Both the position numbers and the translations under genes were made by a program. Under the pieces are notes generated by a model. The model saw nothing but the letters and a program-made list of their open reading frames with translations. It did no database searches and was not told the DNA's origin. A stretch of 64,000 nucleotides of DNA, from the NCBI GenBank assembly GCA_964019425.1, contig OZ025796.1, positions 1,240,001 through 1,304,000 of the forward strand, given 5' to 3'. Each line of letters begins with the position of its first letter. Positions within the stretch are counted from its first letter, which is position 1. Shown one piece after another: positions 34,739 to 49,100 of this stretch. This DNA is from Flectonema sp. DT1601. Lineage: Eukaryota.

Positions 34739-37723
34739 ATGACTGTAGTTGGATCAGGTGGAGGTATTCTGGGAAAGCGTCCTCAGTCAGCTCGCACTGC
34801 ACGAGATGATGACTCCGTTTTAGGACTTGAGGAACTGTTGAAGAATCAGAAGGAAATGCTTAGATTAGCAGAAGAAGGGTTCTTAGAATATCGACAAACA
34901 AGTCCCAGAAACCCGACAATTCCAACCATTCCACATCCACCGAAATTATGTAATGTTAGGGGGAGGTTTGGATTGACTCAGGGAAGCTCTACTCCGTTTG
35001 ATAATATCAGGGGATTCGCTCCAAAAGTACCCGACCCTTTGTTCGTTGAGAATAATAATACACCGATACAACCGGCATTCCCGATGAATGAATTATATAA
35101 GTACCTTCAAAATATGGAAAAAAACATCATCGACACCATAACCTCAGAAGTACGTAACAATCTTGGAAACAGTCGAGGGGATCCTTGTTGTAATGGCAGC
35201 TTGAAAGGTGCGAAAGCCTCACGTCATCTTAACTCGGAGGGGGTGTTTGCTCCTCAACCCTTTGTAGGTCTGCATGTTTTCCTTTTTCCTTCTTCTCCTC
35301 CTCCCATCATACCATCAAAATACTAAAATACAGAATGCGAATCCAAAGAAGAAAGTCAAAACTCAGTTACGGGCGATACGTTTTATGGAGAAACCATGAG
35401 GACAATCCTTGAGGCTCGGAAAATCACAATTATGGGAGACGAAGAGGGAACTGTTACTCCTCCTAAGAAAACGCCTTGGGATTTGGTTAGAGCAAAGGTC
35501 GGGTTTCGAACTGGAGAAAAATTATTTAAAGTTCTATACGACATGCTCCTCAGTCAAGAAAACCAGGAAACTCTAAGTGAATGCATAGCCATGAGTGCTT
35601 GTGACCTTTGTAATGCCCAAGAAGCTATTTTTAATCCTCCTTCCAAACTAGATGCTGTCAAGGGACTGAGCCGTTGTAATTTAGACTTGCAGTCAGCTCC
35701 TCAAATCTTAAGTGAATCAGAAATAACTGATCATCCGCTTTATGATCCAGTGTATGATAATCTTCCAGATGGGAGCACTCCAAAGTCAATCCTCATCATG
35801 TCGTTAGAACTGAGGGGTAGACATTTCGGAGTTTTAAAGGTACTTGTGTTGTTAGTTTTTTAATGGCTTCAAACTGTTCCATCCAAATAAATAAAAATAA
35901 CAAAACAGGTAAAGAACAGAATGACCATCCGCGGTAACAACCTAATGGAAACAACTAACGTGAACAACAACAGAGCTAGTACTTATACTGCAAGCAGACG
36001 ACCTTCAGTTCATGGAGTGTCATTGGCTGGAACGGAAAATGCTCTACTAGCAGAGAGATTCTTCAAAGGAGACATTCTGTATTTAGGTAAAATGCTACGA
36101 TATGCTTGTCCACTACTACAGCAATGCATTGGAAGAGAACGTCATAGAAAAGAAGCCCTACAGCTTGCTCATCTAATGGACATAATTAGTAACATGAGTT
36201 CGTGTTCCAGCATACCAGAACTTTTAAAGGTATCTGAAGAACATATAAAGTCATTGATCGAAGCAGAGCATTGTGAAATAATCAACTTCGAAGGTAAAAA
36301 TCGAAATCAAATAAGCTGCCACAGTGAATCAGCGGTAAAGGCGAGATGCACTATTCGGGATAGAAAAAAAAGCTCTCTTAGTATCCCTCTACTGTCCACA
36401 TCAAGTGTCGTGGGGGTGTTGGAGGTGACTAGAGCTCAATCACTGTTTTCAGATTTTGATGAATTACTGTTGGGAGGAGTAGTGAAGTACTTAGCGATTA
36501 CTCTTGAAAACAGCTATGTGATTGAAAATTTAAATAACAGTACAAAACGGGTTACGGCAATGCTCGAAGTCTGCAAACAAGTTGCAGGAGAAACTCTCAA
36601 GTTCGAAGCCCTCCGAACATCCATTATGGAACACGCTCGCAGACTTGTAAACGCCGATCGTGCTACTCTTTATACGGTTGATTGGCAACGAAAAACCCTT
36701 ACTGCTGATCTTGGTAGTCGGGTTGTGACTATGCCTGTAAACCAGGGAATCGCTGGAACTGTTGCACTTACAGGTGAATCTTTGAACATTAAGAATGCTT
36801 ATGAGGATGCTCGTTTTAATCAAAAAGTTGATCTAAAATGTGGCTACAGAACACAATCAATTCTTACAACACCTGTGAAGTACGATGGGACGGTAGTAGC
36901 AGTTGCGCAATTAGTAAACAAAAAGAATCCAGACGGCACTACAACTCATTTCGATACAAACGATGAACTCACCTTAGACACATTCGGAGCATTTGCGGGA
37001 ATATCTTTGAAAATATCTGAGCAGTACAAACAGCAAATTCGAGAAAAGGCAAGACTAAAAACAATGTTAGACGCTGTTGTTGGAATGGCAGAAATTGATA
37101 TAAGAGAAGACATAGAAACATTTTCTTGTAATATCATGCATCACGCAAAGTCATTGTTGAGGGCTGATCGAGCTTCGTTATTTCTTCTTGATAAAGAAAA
37201 CGGTCAGCTATGTAGTTTCTTAACTGATCAAACAGGAGGGGAAATACGATTCCCCCTCGGCAAAGGCATCGCTGGCGAAGCAGCCAGAACAGGTCGACTC
37301 TTAAACATTCCTGACGCTTATAAAGATAAAAGATTTAATACAGATCAAGATAGAGCTCGTGGTTATCATACAAAATCAATGTTGGCATGTCCAGTTAAAA
37401 ACGGCGATGAAGTACTTGCTATAATGCAACTTATTAATAAAGAGGGAGGTCTTGCATTTGATCCAGAAGACGAAGAGACAATTCAGTATTTCTCAGCTCT
37501 GTCGGGGATGACTATTCGTAACGCGCAGATGTACAAATTTACGGAAGAGTCTCGTGAGGAGCTTTCTTCAGTTTTATCTGCGCTAAATTCAACATCTTCA
37601 ATGAAAAAACGTATGTTTTTTATTTTTATTTTTATTGTATAGTTGTTAAGTTAGTCTGATCAAAAAAAAAAACAACACAAAGAAAATTAAAAGAACTGTA
37701 TTAGCGTGTGGTTTCTTCCCGAC

Positions 37724-37756
<33 letters not shown>

Positions 37757-38883
37757 CAGCTCTAAAAAGAACGTCATCATTCACAGTAAACTCAACAGAC
37801 GCCAATAAGTTAATTAGTGAAATGGAAGCAATTGAACTGACAGAGGAAGAATCAGAACTCGTTACTAAAAACACTTTTGATATCCACGTCTACGTCGATA
37901 CTCCGGATGGTTTAGCGAGATGCCTTCGATTAGTAAAATTAATGTTCGATAAACTCGAGCTTGTTGAGCATTTTAAAATTCCATCTCCATCACTGAGTAG
38001 TTTCCTTTGTAATATAGCAATAAGATATAGACAGGTTCCTTATCATAATGTCTACCATGCTATAGATGTTACTCAGACGTTGTTTAATTTTATATTGTTA
38101 TTGCCGAGTCAGACTCTCACTAAATTAGAACAGGCTGTTCTTCTTGTTTGTGGGTTGTGTCATGATGTAGATCACATGGGGTTGAACAATTCATTTCATT
38201 ATAAGGCAGAAACACCTCTGGGAATACTATCAAACGCAACTAGTGGTCGTTCTCCTCTTGAAGTTCATCACTGTGATGTTGCTTTTGCTGTCCTTCAGAG
38301 TTCCGCAAGTAATATTTTCATAAATTTTGAAAGGAGAGATGAGACTCAAGCATACAAACTACTGGTAAAAGCTATTCTTGGAACTGACATGACTTGCCAT
38401 GCTCAGTTAGTTGAGGAGTTTTCTTCTCTTCCGATTGTTACAGACCAACCCACCCGACCAGATTCTGATAATAATAATTTCTTATTGATGTTGTTAAAGG
38501 CAGCTGACATATCAAATCCGACGAAAGAATTTGAAGTATGTAGAAAATGGGCATTTAAAGTGATCGATGAATTTTACATGCAAGGAGACCTGGAAGTCGA
38601 TAAAATAGGAGAAACGACTAACACATTACACGATAGAAATAATGGAATCGAGATGGCTGATGGTCAGCTGGGATTCATCAGATTTTTCGCAAAACCATTT
38701 TTTAAATTAGTCGTTGAGAAGGCTCCTCAACTTCTATTTCTTTATGAGCGAATGGAAGCGAATGAAAAACAGTGGGACGCACTGCTTAATAAGACTCTTC
38801 ACGACACTAGACCAGTGACTGACGTACTCCTCACCGTGAAAGATGAAGTCCAAGAAGTCCAAGAAGTCGAGGATGCGACATAG
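34739..38883 (+). CDS. GAF-domain class I cyclic-nucleotide phosphodiesterase (PDEB/PDE2-5-11-like), ~1286 aa; exons 34739-35267, 35334-35839, 35909-37610, 37760-38883
   Basis: Two canonical GAFs (ADRATL..GIAG..AYEDARFN..D..GYRT..VNKK; ADRASLF..DAYKDKRFN..INKE); catalytic YHNVYHA, HDVDH, LEVHH, GTDM, ADISN, EFYMQGD, QLGFI; three GT-AG introns keep frame. First exon least certain. Confidence 0.92.
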
Positions 38884-39348
38884 ATATGTTGCGTGTTTGG
38901 AGAGTTATTTGTTTTTTTTTTCTTTTTGATCTGTTGTAAAAAAATAAAATGATCTGTCGTTGATAGATTTCCTTGGGAGTCGTGTTCGGCTTCCGACAAA
39001 CACGATCTTATCATCAAAGAGGGTCTCTTTCGGGGGGGAGAGAATTTTTTTTTTTTTTTGTACATTTCTGTTTTGCAGATTTGCAGATTTGGTTTTTTTT
39101 TTTTTTTTTTTTTCAGCTCACAAACCTTCACAACACCGTAATTTCAAAAAAAAAAAAAAAAAAGTTGAGCACCTATAAAAGTTACTCCTAGTTATAACAG
39201 AACAGAAGACTAACTGAACCAATATAAAATATCGTTTTTTTTCTTTTTTGTACCGACGTAGTCGGAGAAGAAACTCTTCAGGTATTTCTTATGGTTATGA
39301 TTTATTCCCCGTGCGACAGGATTTTTGTCTGAAAAAGGCTAGTCTGAA

Positions 39349-39382
<34 letters not shown>

Positions 39383-40812
39383 GTGATATACTCTTCTGGA
39401 TCTCTCTTGTGTTGAATTTGTTGTAACTTTACAACTAATTCGTTCGTTAAAAATTATCTTTTTTGAATGTTATGATGCATACAGTTGGTATTTTTTCTTT
39501 TTACAAACTCAAACAAAAAGTCACGCATATAGGTTTTACAAACGTGATGGGCCTCTCTTCACTGAAGAGGGCTATTTCCAATTGATTTTATAGATTTGAA
39601 TATTTATTTGTGACAACAACTCTCTACGTTGTTTTCAATTTTATTTACACTCGTTCGGAAAGCTAGCACAGCTCACGGCTGAAGAATATTGTTTCCTCTT
39701 TTTGGCTGTTTTTACACTTCTGTTTTGTTTTTTTTTTTCATTTGGCACTTACACAAAAGAATATTTTTTTTTTTTTTTTCTTTTTTTTTCCCTTACATGT
39801 TCAGAGTGAAAGCTGGAAGACTTCCTTTCTATGGTTGTTTCCCCTGTTTTTTTTTTTTTGATTCTCGTCGCTCCCAAAAAAGGGTGTTGTTATCTCAAAC
39901 CATCCAATGTAGGTATTTTGTTATATAGAAATTAGAGACGCAGCAGTAGTGACAAGTCTTCTTCATTTCTCTTACTACTGTTTGACCGTAAATACGGATT
40001 TGCAATCTTAGCCAGGAATAATTCTGTGAGATGACCTTTCAGGTGGATCTTTTACAAGGATTCTGCTTCAGTTATTTTTTTTTTTTTTTGAATTAACCTT
40101 GAAAAAAAAAATGTTTAATTTTTTCCCGATTTTCCAATGCATCAAAAAATCGAATATTTTACTCTCTTTGTGTTGGCTTTGTACGGTTCTGTGTAAAGAG
40201 CACCTTTTCGGTCACAAAATAACGGCAAAGCTCCAAGAACCCGTTTTCACTATGGATTTCTGGGATAAAAGAACTCTACCAACTGATACCTTTCAGATCA
40301 CTTTCTACCGATTGCTATCACGAAAAAAACACCTCCGTGAGTCGACTCATCCAGAACACTTAAACAGGAAAGAAAAATAGACAACAAAGAACAAGTTCTC
40401 GACCATGTACGTTTTTCAAAAAATGATCGATACATTCTTTTTTTCGTTCCCCTTCAAAAAAAGAAAAGCTGAGCAGCTTTGTTTCTCAAGCTACAAAGTA
40501 TTATTTATTTGGATTCAATTACTTTACTAAGGGAGAAGTTTTACACGTGTCTGTCTTGGTTGGAAAAAACAAACTACAACGAGCCCAATGCATTTCAACT
40601 TCTGTTGATTACTCAGCTAAGAAATTCCATTCGTATTTTCAATAATATTTTTCCCTCAACAAGTATTATTCATCTGTTGTTTTAAAGCTAATTAAACGAC
40701 ACTGCTCTAACGGGTTGTGTTTGTGAAACATATTGTCTTGAAGACCTTTATCTGTAACACAACTTGACGAACAGCTTTGTTATCTTTTCTTTTTTTACTT
40801 CAGGTGACTTGT

Positions 40813-41673
40813 ATGATGAATACCATGGAAATAGAAAAGAAGTGCATGGGAAGGAAAAGGTATGTTTTTTTTTTTTGCACCGACGAAGTCGGAGCGATGA
40901 GCAAAATATAAGGCTTTTTCTGAATGGTTTTTTTGTGGCTCCGTACAAAAGCATTTCCATAACAAAACACACACAGAGCTTATAGCAGAGCCCCTCCACC
41001 AGAGTCGATCAGGCATTCCAACGGTGTTGATTATTTAATTTATCGTCTTAGTAAGATAGCAGATGAAGGGTTCATTCAACGTGAAGACTTCGTTCAAACA
41101 ATTGAGGATGTTGTTTGTGAGGCTGGTGCTAATGCTGGGCTTAGGGTACCAATAGAAGACGTTCATGGAGAGCTTTATGAGGTTTTATTTTTTGTTTATT
41201 TATTTTTCCTCATCACCAACTTAACATCACTAAAATACAAACAGATCTTCGACACTTACGACAGGGCAGGAAAGAAGAAGGTGTCTCTATCAGAACTTTC
41301 TACTGGACTTCATGTCGTGTTGGAAGGTTCTGATGACGAAAAAATTAATTTCGCCTTCGCTGGAATTGACAAAAACGGAGATGGTCGCATTACTGCAAAG
41401 GAATTTCTTGATTTCTTCAAGCATTATTTCCAAGCCAAACTCTCAGTAGAGAGCAAGGGATCAATCAGGCTTTCAGAAGAGAGGTGGAGACTAATCTCAG
41501 AGCACCTCAGCAGAGCTTTCTCTGCTTCTGATACAAACAAAGACGGTACGGTTGATGGAAAAGAGTTCATGAAAGCAGTGAACGATGATCCAGATCACCC
41601 TTTTTGCCTCGTTCTTGACGCCTTTGCTGCTCTGTCAGCGCCTCTGAGAGCACCGTGCTCCTCACCGTGTTAG
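40813..41673 (+). CDS. EF-hand Ca2+-binding protein, neuronal-calcium-sensor/calcineurin-B-like; exons 40813-40859, 40977-41181, 41245-41673
   Basis: IFDTYDRAGKKKVSLSEL, GSDDEKINFAF, DKNGDGRITAKE, DTNKDGTVDGKE; introns 40860-40976 and 41182-41244 keep frame; start could also be 40816 or 40825. Confidence 0.85.
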
Positions 41674-42628
41674 TCAAGCTGACTTCAAGTCAGTTGAGTT
41701 TGGCACGACAACGTTGACAGTTGAAAAAGGTTGAGAGAAGTAGTACCGCTTCTTTCAGGGTACTTTATAGTTGAGTTTTTTTTCCCCTTCTCTTTTTTTG
41801 ATGTATTTAAAAAAAAATTAATTGCGTTGTGACCCCGGTAGAGTTCACATTTTTTGTTCCCTGTTAGCACTCAGTCCGTACCTGCTCCTCGCTATATGTA
41901 GCGCTCACGATTTTTTTTTTTTTTTTTTTTTGTAGTTGAAGTATTGCCTGCGTACTTCTGCTAAGGAAAAAAAAAAGAAAATGGCAGGGGGGGGAAAATC
42001 TTTAAAAAAAAAAAAAAAAAAAAAAAAAGTAATATTGCATCGCGTATTTCTGTGAGGTGTTTTATTTTTTTTTTGTCTTTTTCGCCAACTATTTTTGTTA
42101 TGGTTTTCGCAAAGTCCTTTTTTTTTTTTTTCCCTTTCTTTTTTTTCAAGTCATTGACTTGTCGTCTTCTTGCTATCAAATCCATCCAGGTAGTGCCTCT
42201 GGGTAGGGAACAAACCGTAGGAACTGGCCATAAAGCTCAAAACCCTCGGAACAACAAGGCTCCTCGAAGTGTTACGCTCGCCAGTCCTTTGTGACTCGCA
42301 TACCCGATTGAGTATCTTGGATGTGGATGCAAATTCCGTGTTAGTTTTTTTAAAAAAAAAACGTGTGTCACTGCGTTACTTGTAAAACAGGAAGGGAGCA
42401 GCGGCCAGGTATCACATGCGAAGCAAGAGAACTGCTCAGTTGATGAGTGTGACTGTTACCCTCCTTTCTCCCTTAGGCTTGTTGTCAATCAGCTCCCAAC
42501 ATTTTTTAAAAAATACTTTAAAAAAAGAAAATCTCTTCCAATCTCGATCAAAAATAATTTTTGATTGCTTTTTTTGGATAAGGTTTTTATTATTATTTTA
42601 TTTATTTTTCCCTTATGACACATACTTA

Positions 42629-42668
<40 letters not shown>

Positions 42669-43158
42669 TTGTTGTTTCATGTCAACTTAATGTGCTGGTG
42701 GTGAACAGGTGTGATACCTGTACATTCCCTGCTGAGCATCTTGTTGACCTTTTTTCTGTTATTTTGCGCTGTGAGATGAAGTAGCCGGACATATGACAAA
42801 TTCGTAAATGTCTTATGTACGGCTCACTTATTACGAATGCGTTGATAGTAAAAAGAAAAAAAATTAGTTAGGGGAGGAAAAAAAGAGGAAAAGGACGTAG
42901 GAAAAAGAAAAGAAAAGGCTTGCACCAAAAATGTGACGGTGATCCCCTTTTTTTTTTTTGATTGAACAAAAGCCAGTTACTTCTTTTTTTTTTTCAAACA
43001 GGAAAACTAATTAATGAAAACAGCCAATCAAATGAGAAGTTGACAACTCTGTTGTCGTGTTCGTTACCTTCACCAGCTAACTAATTACAATTAAAATACC
43101 TTCTCAACATCAGGGAAGTTGGGTGTATGGGAATTCGTAACCTAACTCTCTATCAAAA

Positions 43159-46100
43159 ATGTCGAGTCTTCGGAGGGAGCTGTCTAATTTCAGAATAGCA
43201 GAACCAGAAGCCAGCAACACCATCTTGGAAGCAGAAGTTGAATCGTTAGAAGCGGAAATCCAACGATTGAATGAAATAATTAAAAAAGATAGACAAAAAT
43301 TTAAAGAAACGATTACACAAAATGACATTGAACACGAAGAAATGACTCAACAACTACTCCAAGTGATAGAAGAACGCGCTGAAGCGATGGCAGTCATCGC
43401 CAATGCAAAGGAAACTGGTCGCAAAGAAGCTGAAATCGTCTATTCTTCTGAATTAGATGGAATCAGAGAAAGAAAGCGCATCAACGACGTGTTGTTAGTA
43501 AAGATTAAAAAATATCACAGAGAGGCATTGAAGACTTCTTATGTGTATAAATGTTGGCAACCAAACTATTTTTTAATGTGTTTATATTTTTACAAACTGC
43601 GGGCGGCGGTGTGTAGATCAGAAATTGCAAAACAGATTACGAAATCTGAAACATTATACGATGAGGTTGCGACGCTTCGATTCAAATTAGCAAGTCAGCA
43701 GCTTCCTTCATCGACTTACCATCATTCAGCAAGAAGTCTTGTTACTCTCATACGAGACTCTCCGGGTACAGCTGAAGAATTGATTAAGAACAACGTGAAT
43801 TCAAGCACACAGTGGGCTGAGTGCGAACAAGTTCACAGGGACGACTACGGCACTGAACTCGAACACTTTTTACTTTCTGAAGATGTAAACACCTCTCCAA
43901 TACAACGAACTCTACAAGATCGGTATATTTACTGGAAAGGTCATAAGAAACAGAAATCAGCTTCAAGTAATAACCGAATTATTAAAGGAATCCCTTGTGA
44001 GCAGTCAATTGGACGTACCAGTACCAGTGACAGTAGTAGCAGTGACAGTGATATTAATGAGCTACCAAACTCATCAGGTCCGCAAGGAAAACCTGTTTAC
44101 GTTTACAGAGACTCAGACTTGGTCACATCTGATGGCAAGAAAATACTTCTCAAAAACGGAATCGCACTCTACGAGACCAGTGACCCCACACTACTTGAAG
44201 ATCAAACAGGAAGGAAGTACACGACGGAGGGTTTGCCTCATAGAGCTGATGACTCGTCCGACAGTAGCACTAGTGATGTCAGGGAACTCCCTAAGTCATC
44301 AGGTCCTCAGGGGAAGTCAGTTTATATGAATCAAGACTCAGACCTGATTACATCTGATGGCAGGAAAATACTTCTCAAAAACGGAATCGCACTCTACGAG
44401 ACCAGTGACCCCACACTACTTGAAGATCAAACAGGAAGGAAGTACACGATAGATGGTTTGCCTCGTGAGACTGATGACTCGTCCGAGGGCAATGACGTCA
44501 GGGAACTCCCCAAGTCGTCAGGTCCGCAAGGAAAACCTGTTTACGTTTACAGAGACTCAGACTTGGTCACATCTGATGGCAGGAAAATACTTCTCAAAAA
44601 CGGAATCGCACTCTACGAGACCAATGACCCCACACTACTTGAAGATCAAACAAGAAGGAAGTACACGACGGAGGGTTTGCCTCATAGAGCTGATGACTCG
44701 TCCGACAGTAGCACTAGTGATGTCAGGGAACTCCCTAAGTCATCAGGTCCTCAGGGGAAGTCAGTTTATATGAATCAAGACTCAGACCTGATTACATCTG
44801 ATGGCAGGAAAATACTTCTCAAAAACGGAATCGCACTCTACGAGACCAGTGACCCCACACTACTTGAAGATCAAACTGGAAGGAAGTACACGATAGATGG
44901 TTTGCTGTGTGATGAACAAGTCGATTCTAGAAATGGTGAATTCACTTTCAGCCGCGTTGGCGGACAATTCTCTCAGAGAGCCAAAAACAGCTCCTCAGCA
45001 GATGTTCAAGTAAAGGTTACTGACGCAGGAGTTCAAACTGACGACCTTATCCAAACATCCTTCAGCAGACAACTTGATTCTAATAGTAAGCAAGTCAGTC
45101 AACATATTCAAACAGAAGAGACAGATGTTCAACTTAAACCTGAAGTAGTTATCGAAAGAGTTCAAACAAAAGAATACATTCAATCAGAATTAAGTTCAAT
45201 AAGTAGTTCATCTGATAGTAGTACTCATGAGTGTGAAGAATGTAAGAAGAGAATGACATCTGCTGCAGTGGACTCAGACCAACTGAATGAGAACACAGTC
45301 GGTACCGATGACGTGTTTGAGGACTTCACATTCAGTAGAATAGGAACACATCATCGTATGCAGAGTGAAGAACAGAATGGAGTTATGCGAACACCCCGCA
45401 GGGTATCAGCGGTCACTGCATCACCACTTCAATCACCAGAATATGATATTTCTCAACCAGACCTCGTTAATATCACTACTTCAAACAATCACCTCTATGA
45501 CGGAATACGAAACTCTTCAGAAGTGAAAACTAAACCCATCAGTCTTCGTGAGTCACGAGAGAGTAGCTTTATCCCTATTCCGCGTGTCGTTCTACGTGAG
45601 TCGCGAGAAAGCAGCAGCAGCATTGCGCTGATCCACAAACGTCGGGGTAGCGAGTCTTCCTCTTCCAGCAGCTCTGAGTCTAGAGATGGTGAAGCGGTAG
45701 ATCGTAAGGTTGCTCTTCGTGAGTCACGAGAGAGTAGCTTTATCCCTGTTCCGCGTGTCGTTCTACGTGAGTCGCGAGAAAGTAGCAGCAGCATTGCGCT
45801 GATCCACAAACGTCGGGGTAGCGAGTCCTCCTCTTCCAGCAGCTCCGATGTTAAGGAGAATGTTGTCCTCTTTGAATCGAGAGAATCCATTAATATTCCA
45901 ATGAGAACATCACCAGCTAATATTGTAAAGGAAAGTATCCCACTTTGTGAGTCACGAGAGAGTAACTTTGTTCCTGTTTCACATGTTGCTTTACGAGAAT
46001 CCAGAGAGTGCATCATAATTTTACCACGTAGGAGGGATAGCACGTCTTCCTCTAGTAGTTCAGAGTCAGGTGTGGCTGAGAAAAGTATTACTGTTGAGGA

Positions 46101-49100
46101 GAAAACATTTCTTCGTGAATCGAGGGAAAGCTTCTTTATCCCTGTTCCTCGTGTCGTTCTACGTGAGTCACGAGAAAGTTGTAGCAGCATTGCACTGATC
46201 CACAAACGTCGGGGTAGCGAGTCCTCTTCTTCCAGCAGCTCCGATGTTAAGGAGAATGTTGTCCTCTTTGAATCGAGAGAATCCATTAATATTCCAATGA
46301 GAACATCACCAGCTAATATTGTAAAGGAAAGTATCCCACTTCGTGAGTCACGAGAGAGTAACTTTGTTCCTGTTTCACATGTTGCTTTACGAGAATCCAG
46401 AGAGTGCATCATTATTTCACAACGTAGGAGGGATAGCACGTCTTCCTCTAGTAGTTCAGAGTCAGGTGTGGCTGAGAAAAGTATTGCTGTTGAGGAGAAA
46501 ACATTTCTTCGTGAATCGAGGGAAAGCTTCTTTATCCCTGTTCCTCGTGTCGTTCTACGTGAGTCGCGAGAAAGCAGCAGCAGCATTGCACTGATCCACA
46601 AACGTCGGGGTAGCGAGTCTTCCTCTTCCAGCAGCTCTGAGTCTAGAGATGGTGAAGCGGTAGATCGTAAGGTTGCTCTTCGTGAGTCACGAGAGAGTAG
46701 CTTTATCCCTGTTCCGCGTGTCGTTCTACGTGAGTCGCGAGAAAGCAGCAGCAGCATTGCGCTGATCCACAAACGTCGGGGTAGCGAGTCTTCCTCTTCC
46801 AGCAGCTCTGAGTCTAGAGATGGTGAAGCGGTAGATCGTAAGGTTGCTCTTCGTGAGTCACGAGAGAGTAGCTTTATCCCTGTTCCTCGTGTCGTTCTAC
46901 GTGAGTCACGAGAAAGTAGCAGCAGCATTGCACTGATCCACAAACGTCGGGGTAGCGAGTCTTCCTCTTCCAGCAGCTCTGAGTCTGGAGATGGCGAAGC
47001 GGTAGATCGTAAGGTTGCTCTTCGTGAGTCACGAGAGAGTAGCTTTATCCCTGTTCCTCGTGTCGTTCTACGTGAGTCACGAGAAAGTAGCAGCAGCATT
47101 GCACTGATCCACAAACGTCGGGGTAGCGAGTCTTCCTCTTCCAGCAGCTCTGAGTCTAGAGATGGTGAAGCGGTAGATCGTAAGGTTGCTCTTCGTGAGT
47201 CACGAGAGAGTAGCTTTATCCCTGTTCCGCGTGTCGTTCTACGTGAGTCGCGAGAAAGCAGCAGCAGCATTGCGCTGATCCACAAACGTCGGGGTAGCGA
47301 GTCTTCCTCTTCCAGCAGCTCTGAGTCTAGAGATGGTGAAGCGGTAGATCGTAAGGTTGCTCTTCGTGAGTCACGAGAGAGTAGCTTTATCCCTGTTCCT
47401 CGTGTCGTTCTACGTGAGTCACGAGAAAGTAGCAGCAGCATTGCACTGATCCACAAACGTCGGGGTAGCGAGTCTTCCTCTTCCAGCAGCTCTGAGTCTA
47501 GAGATGGTGAAGCGGTAGATCGTAAGGTTGCTCTTCGTGAGTTACGAGAGAGTAGCTTTATCCCTGTTCCGCGTGTCGTTCTACGTGAGTCGCGAGAAAG
47601 CAGCAGCAGCATTGCGCTGATCCACAAACGTCGGGGTAGCGAGTCCTCTTCTTCCAGCAGCTCCGATGTTAAGGAGAATGTTGTCCTCTTTGAATCGAGA
47701 GAATCCATTAATATTCCAATGAGAACATCACCAGCTAATATCGTAAAGGAAAGTATCCCACTTCGTGAGTCACGAGAGAGTAACTTTGTTCCTGTTTCAC
47801 ATGTTGCCTTACGAGAATCCAGAGAGTGCATCATTATTTCACCACGTAGGAGGGATAGCACGTCTTCCTCTAGTAGTTCAGAGTCAGGTGTGTGTAAAAA
47901 AGCGAAGAAGGAACCAACTTCAACAACAACCAACTCGAAAAAGGAATTCTCCTCTACACAACTACCAAACATTACGGGTGTTGATGGTGAGGTACTTCTG
48001 GTGAAGAATGGAATCTTGATCTACGAAGACCAGAGTAACTCCGATACTTTCTGTGATGCGAATGGTAGAAAGTATAATCGTGAAGGAAATCCATTGCTCA
48101 GTAACACTAATACGTCCACAACAGGCGTTCAAACTGATATATTCATTGGTGAGTTCGTCACTGGAGATGATGTCTTCTTTAAAGGATCAGGTGGGCATAC
48201 GTCATCTCTGTTTGATGGCTGCGGTATCAGAAAACAGTCTTCATCATCCTCACCAAACAGTTTTACATCCAAAAGTAATTCCACGAAGAGTGACGTGGGA
48301 ATTGTTATTTCAAAGAGTTCTTCCGATTCTCACAAAAACTTGTTAGATGATTATTTAAAACAAGTCGACAGCTTCTCCCAAACAAAAGCTGTGGAAGTAA
48401 TCCAAACAGACTTACCTTCAGAAGATACCATCACACCAAGTGGTGATGTTGTTGTGAAGGATTACTCTCCTATTTTGAGTGATGCAACAGTTTCTGTTGC
48501 AACAGGCGTTCAAACTGATATATTCACTGGTGAGTTCGTCACTGGAGATGATGTCTTCTTTAAAGGATCAGGTGGGCATACGTCATCTCTGTTTGATGGC
48601 TGCGGTATCAGAAAACAGTCTTCATCATCCTCACCAAACAGTTTTACATCCAAAAGTAATTCCAACAATAATATTATTAATGTGAAGAGTTCCTCACCTC
48701 TTGTTGATAATGAAGGACATGAACACCTTGATCCAATTAAATTACCCGCCACTGGAAGAAACAAACAACCTCTTTATCTTAATAAAGACACCATCACTAC
48801 TTCTGATGGGGATCTTATTTATATAAGAAATGGGATCTTCCTTCGTCAGACAGGAGACCCAAATCAATTAAAAGATCACATGGGTTGGAAGTATACACAA
48901 AACGGAATATCAATAAAATGTAGTAAAGAACTTCCTGACCTAACTGGCATTGATGATGAGCCGATCTGTCTGACGGAAAGTGGAGGTTTGATGTGCAACG
49001 GAGAGGAATTGCACATTAAGAATGGAACAGTACTTTATAACACCAACGATGATTCTATTTTGAGAGACAATAATGGAAATGAATACAACACTGATGGCGT

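Noticed and set aside
45495..47972. 825-aa minus-strand ORF
   Set aside because: Antisense shadow of the Ser/Arg repeats; a stop-free unit amplified in tandem explains its length.
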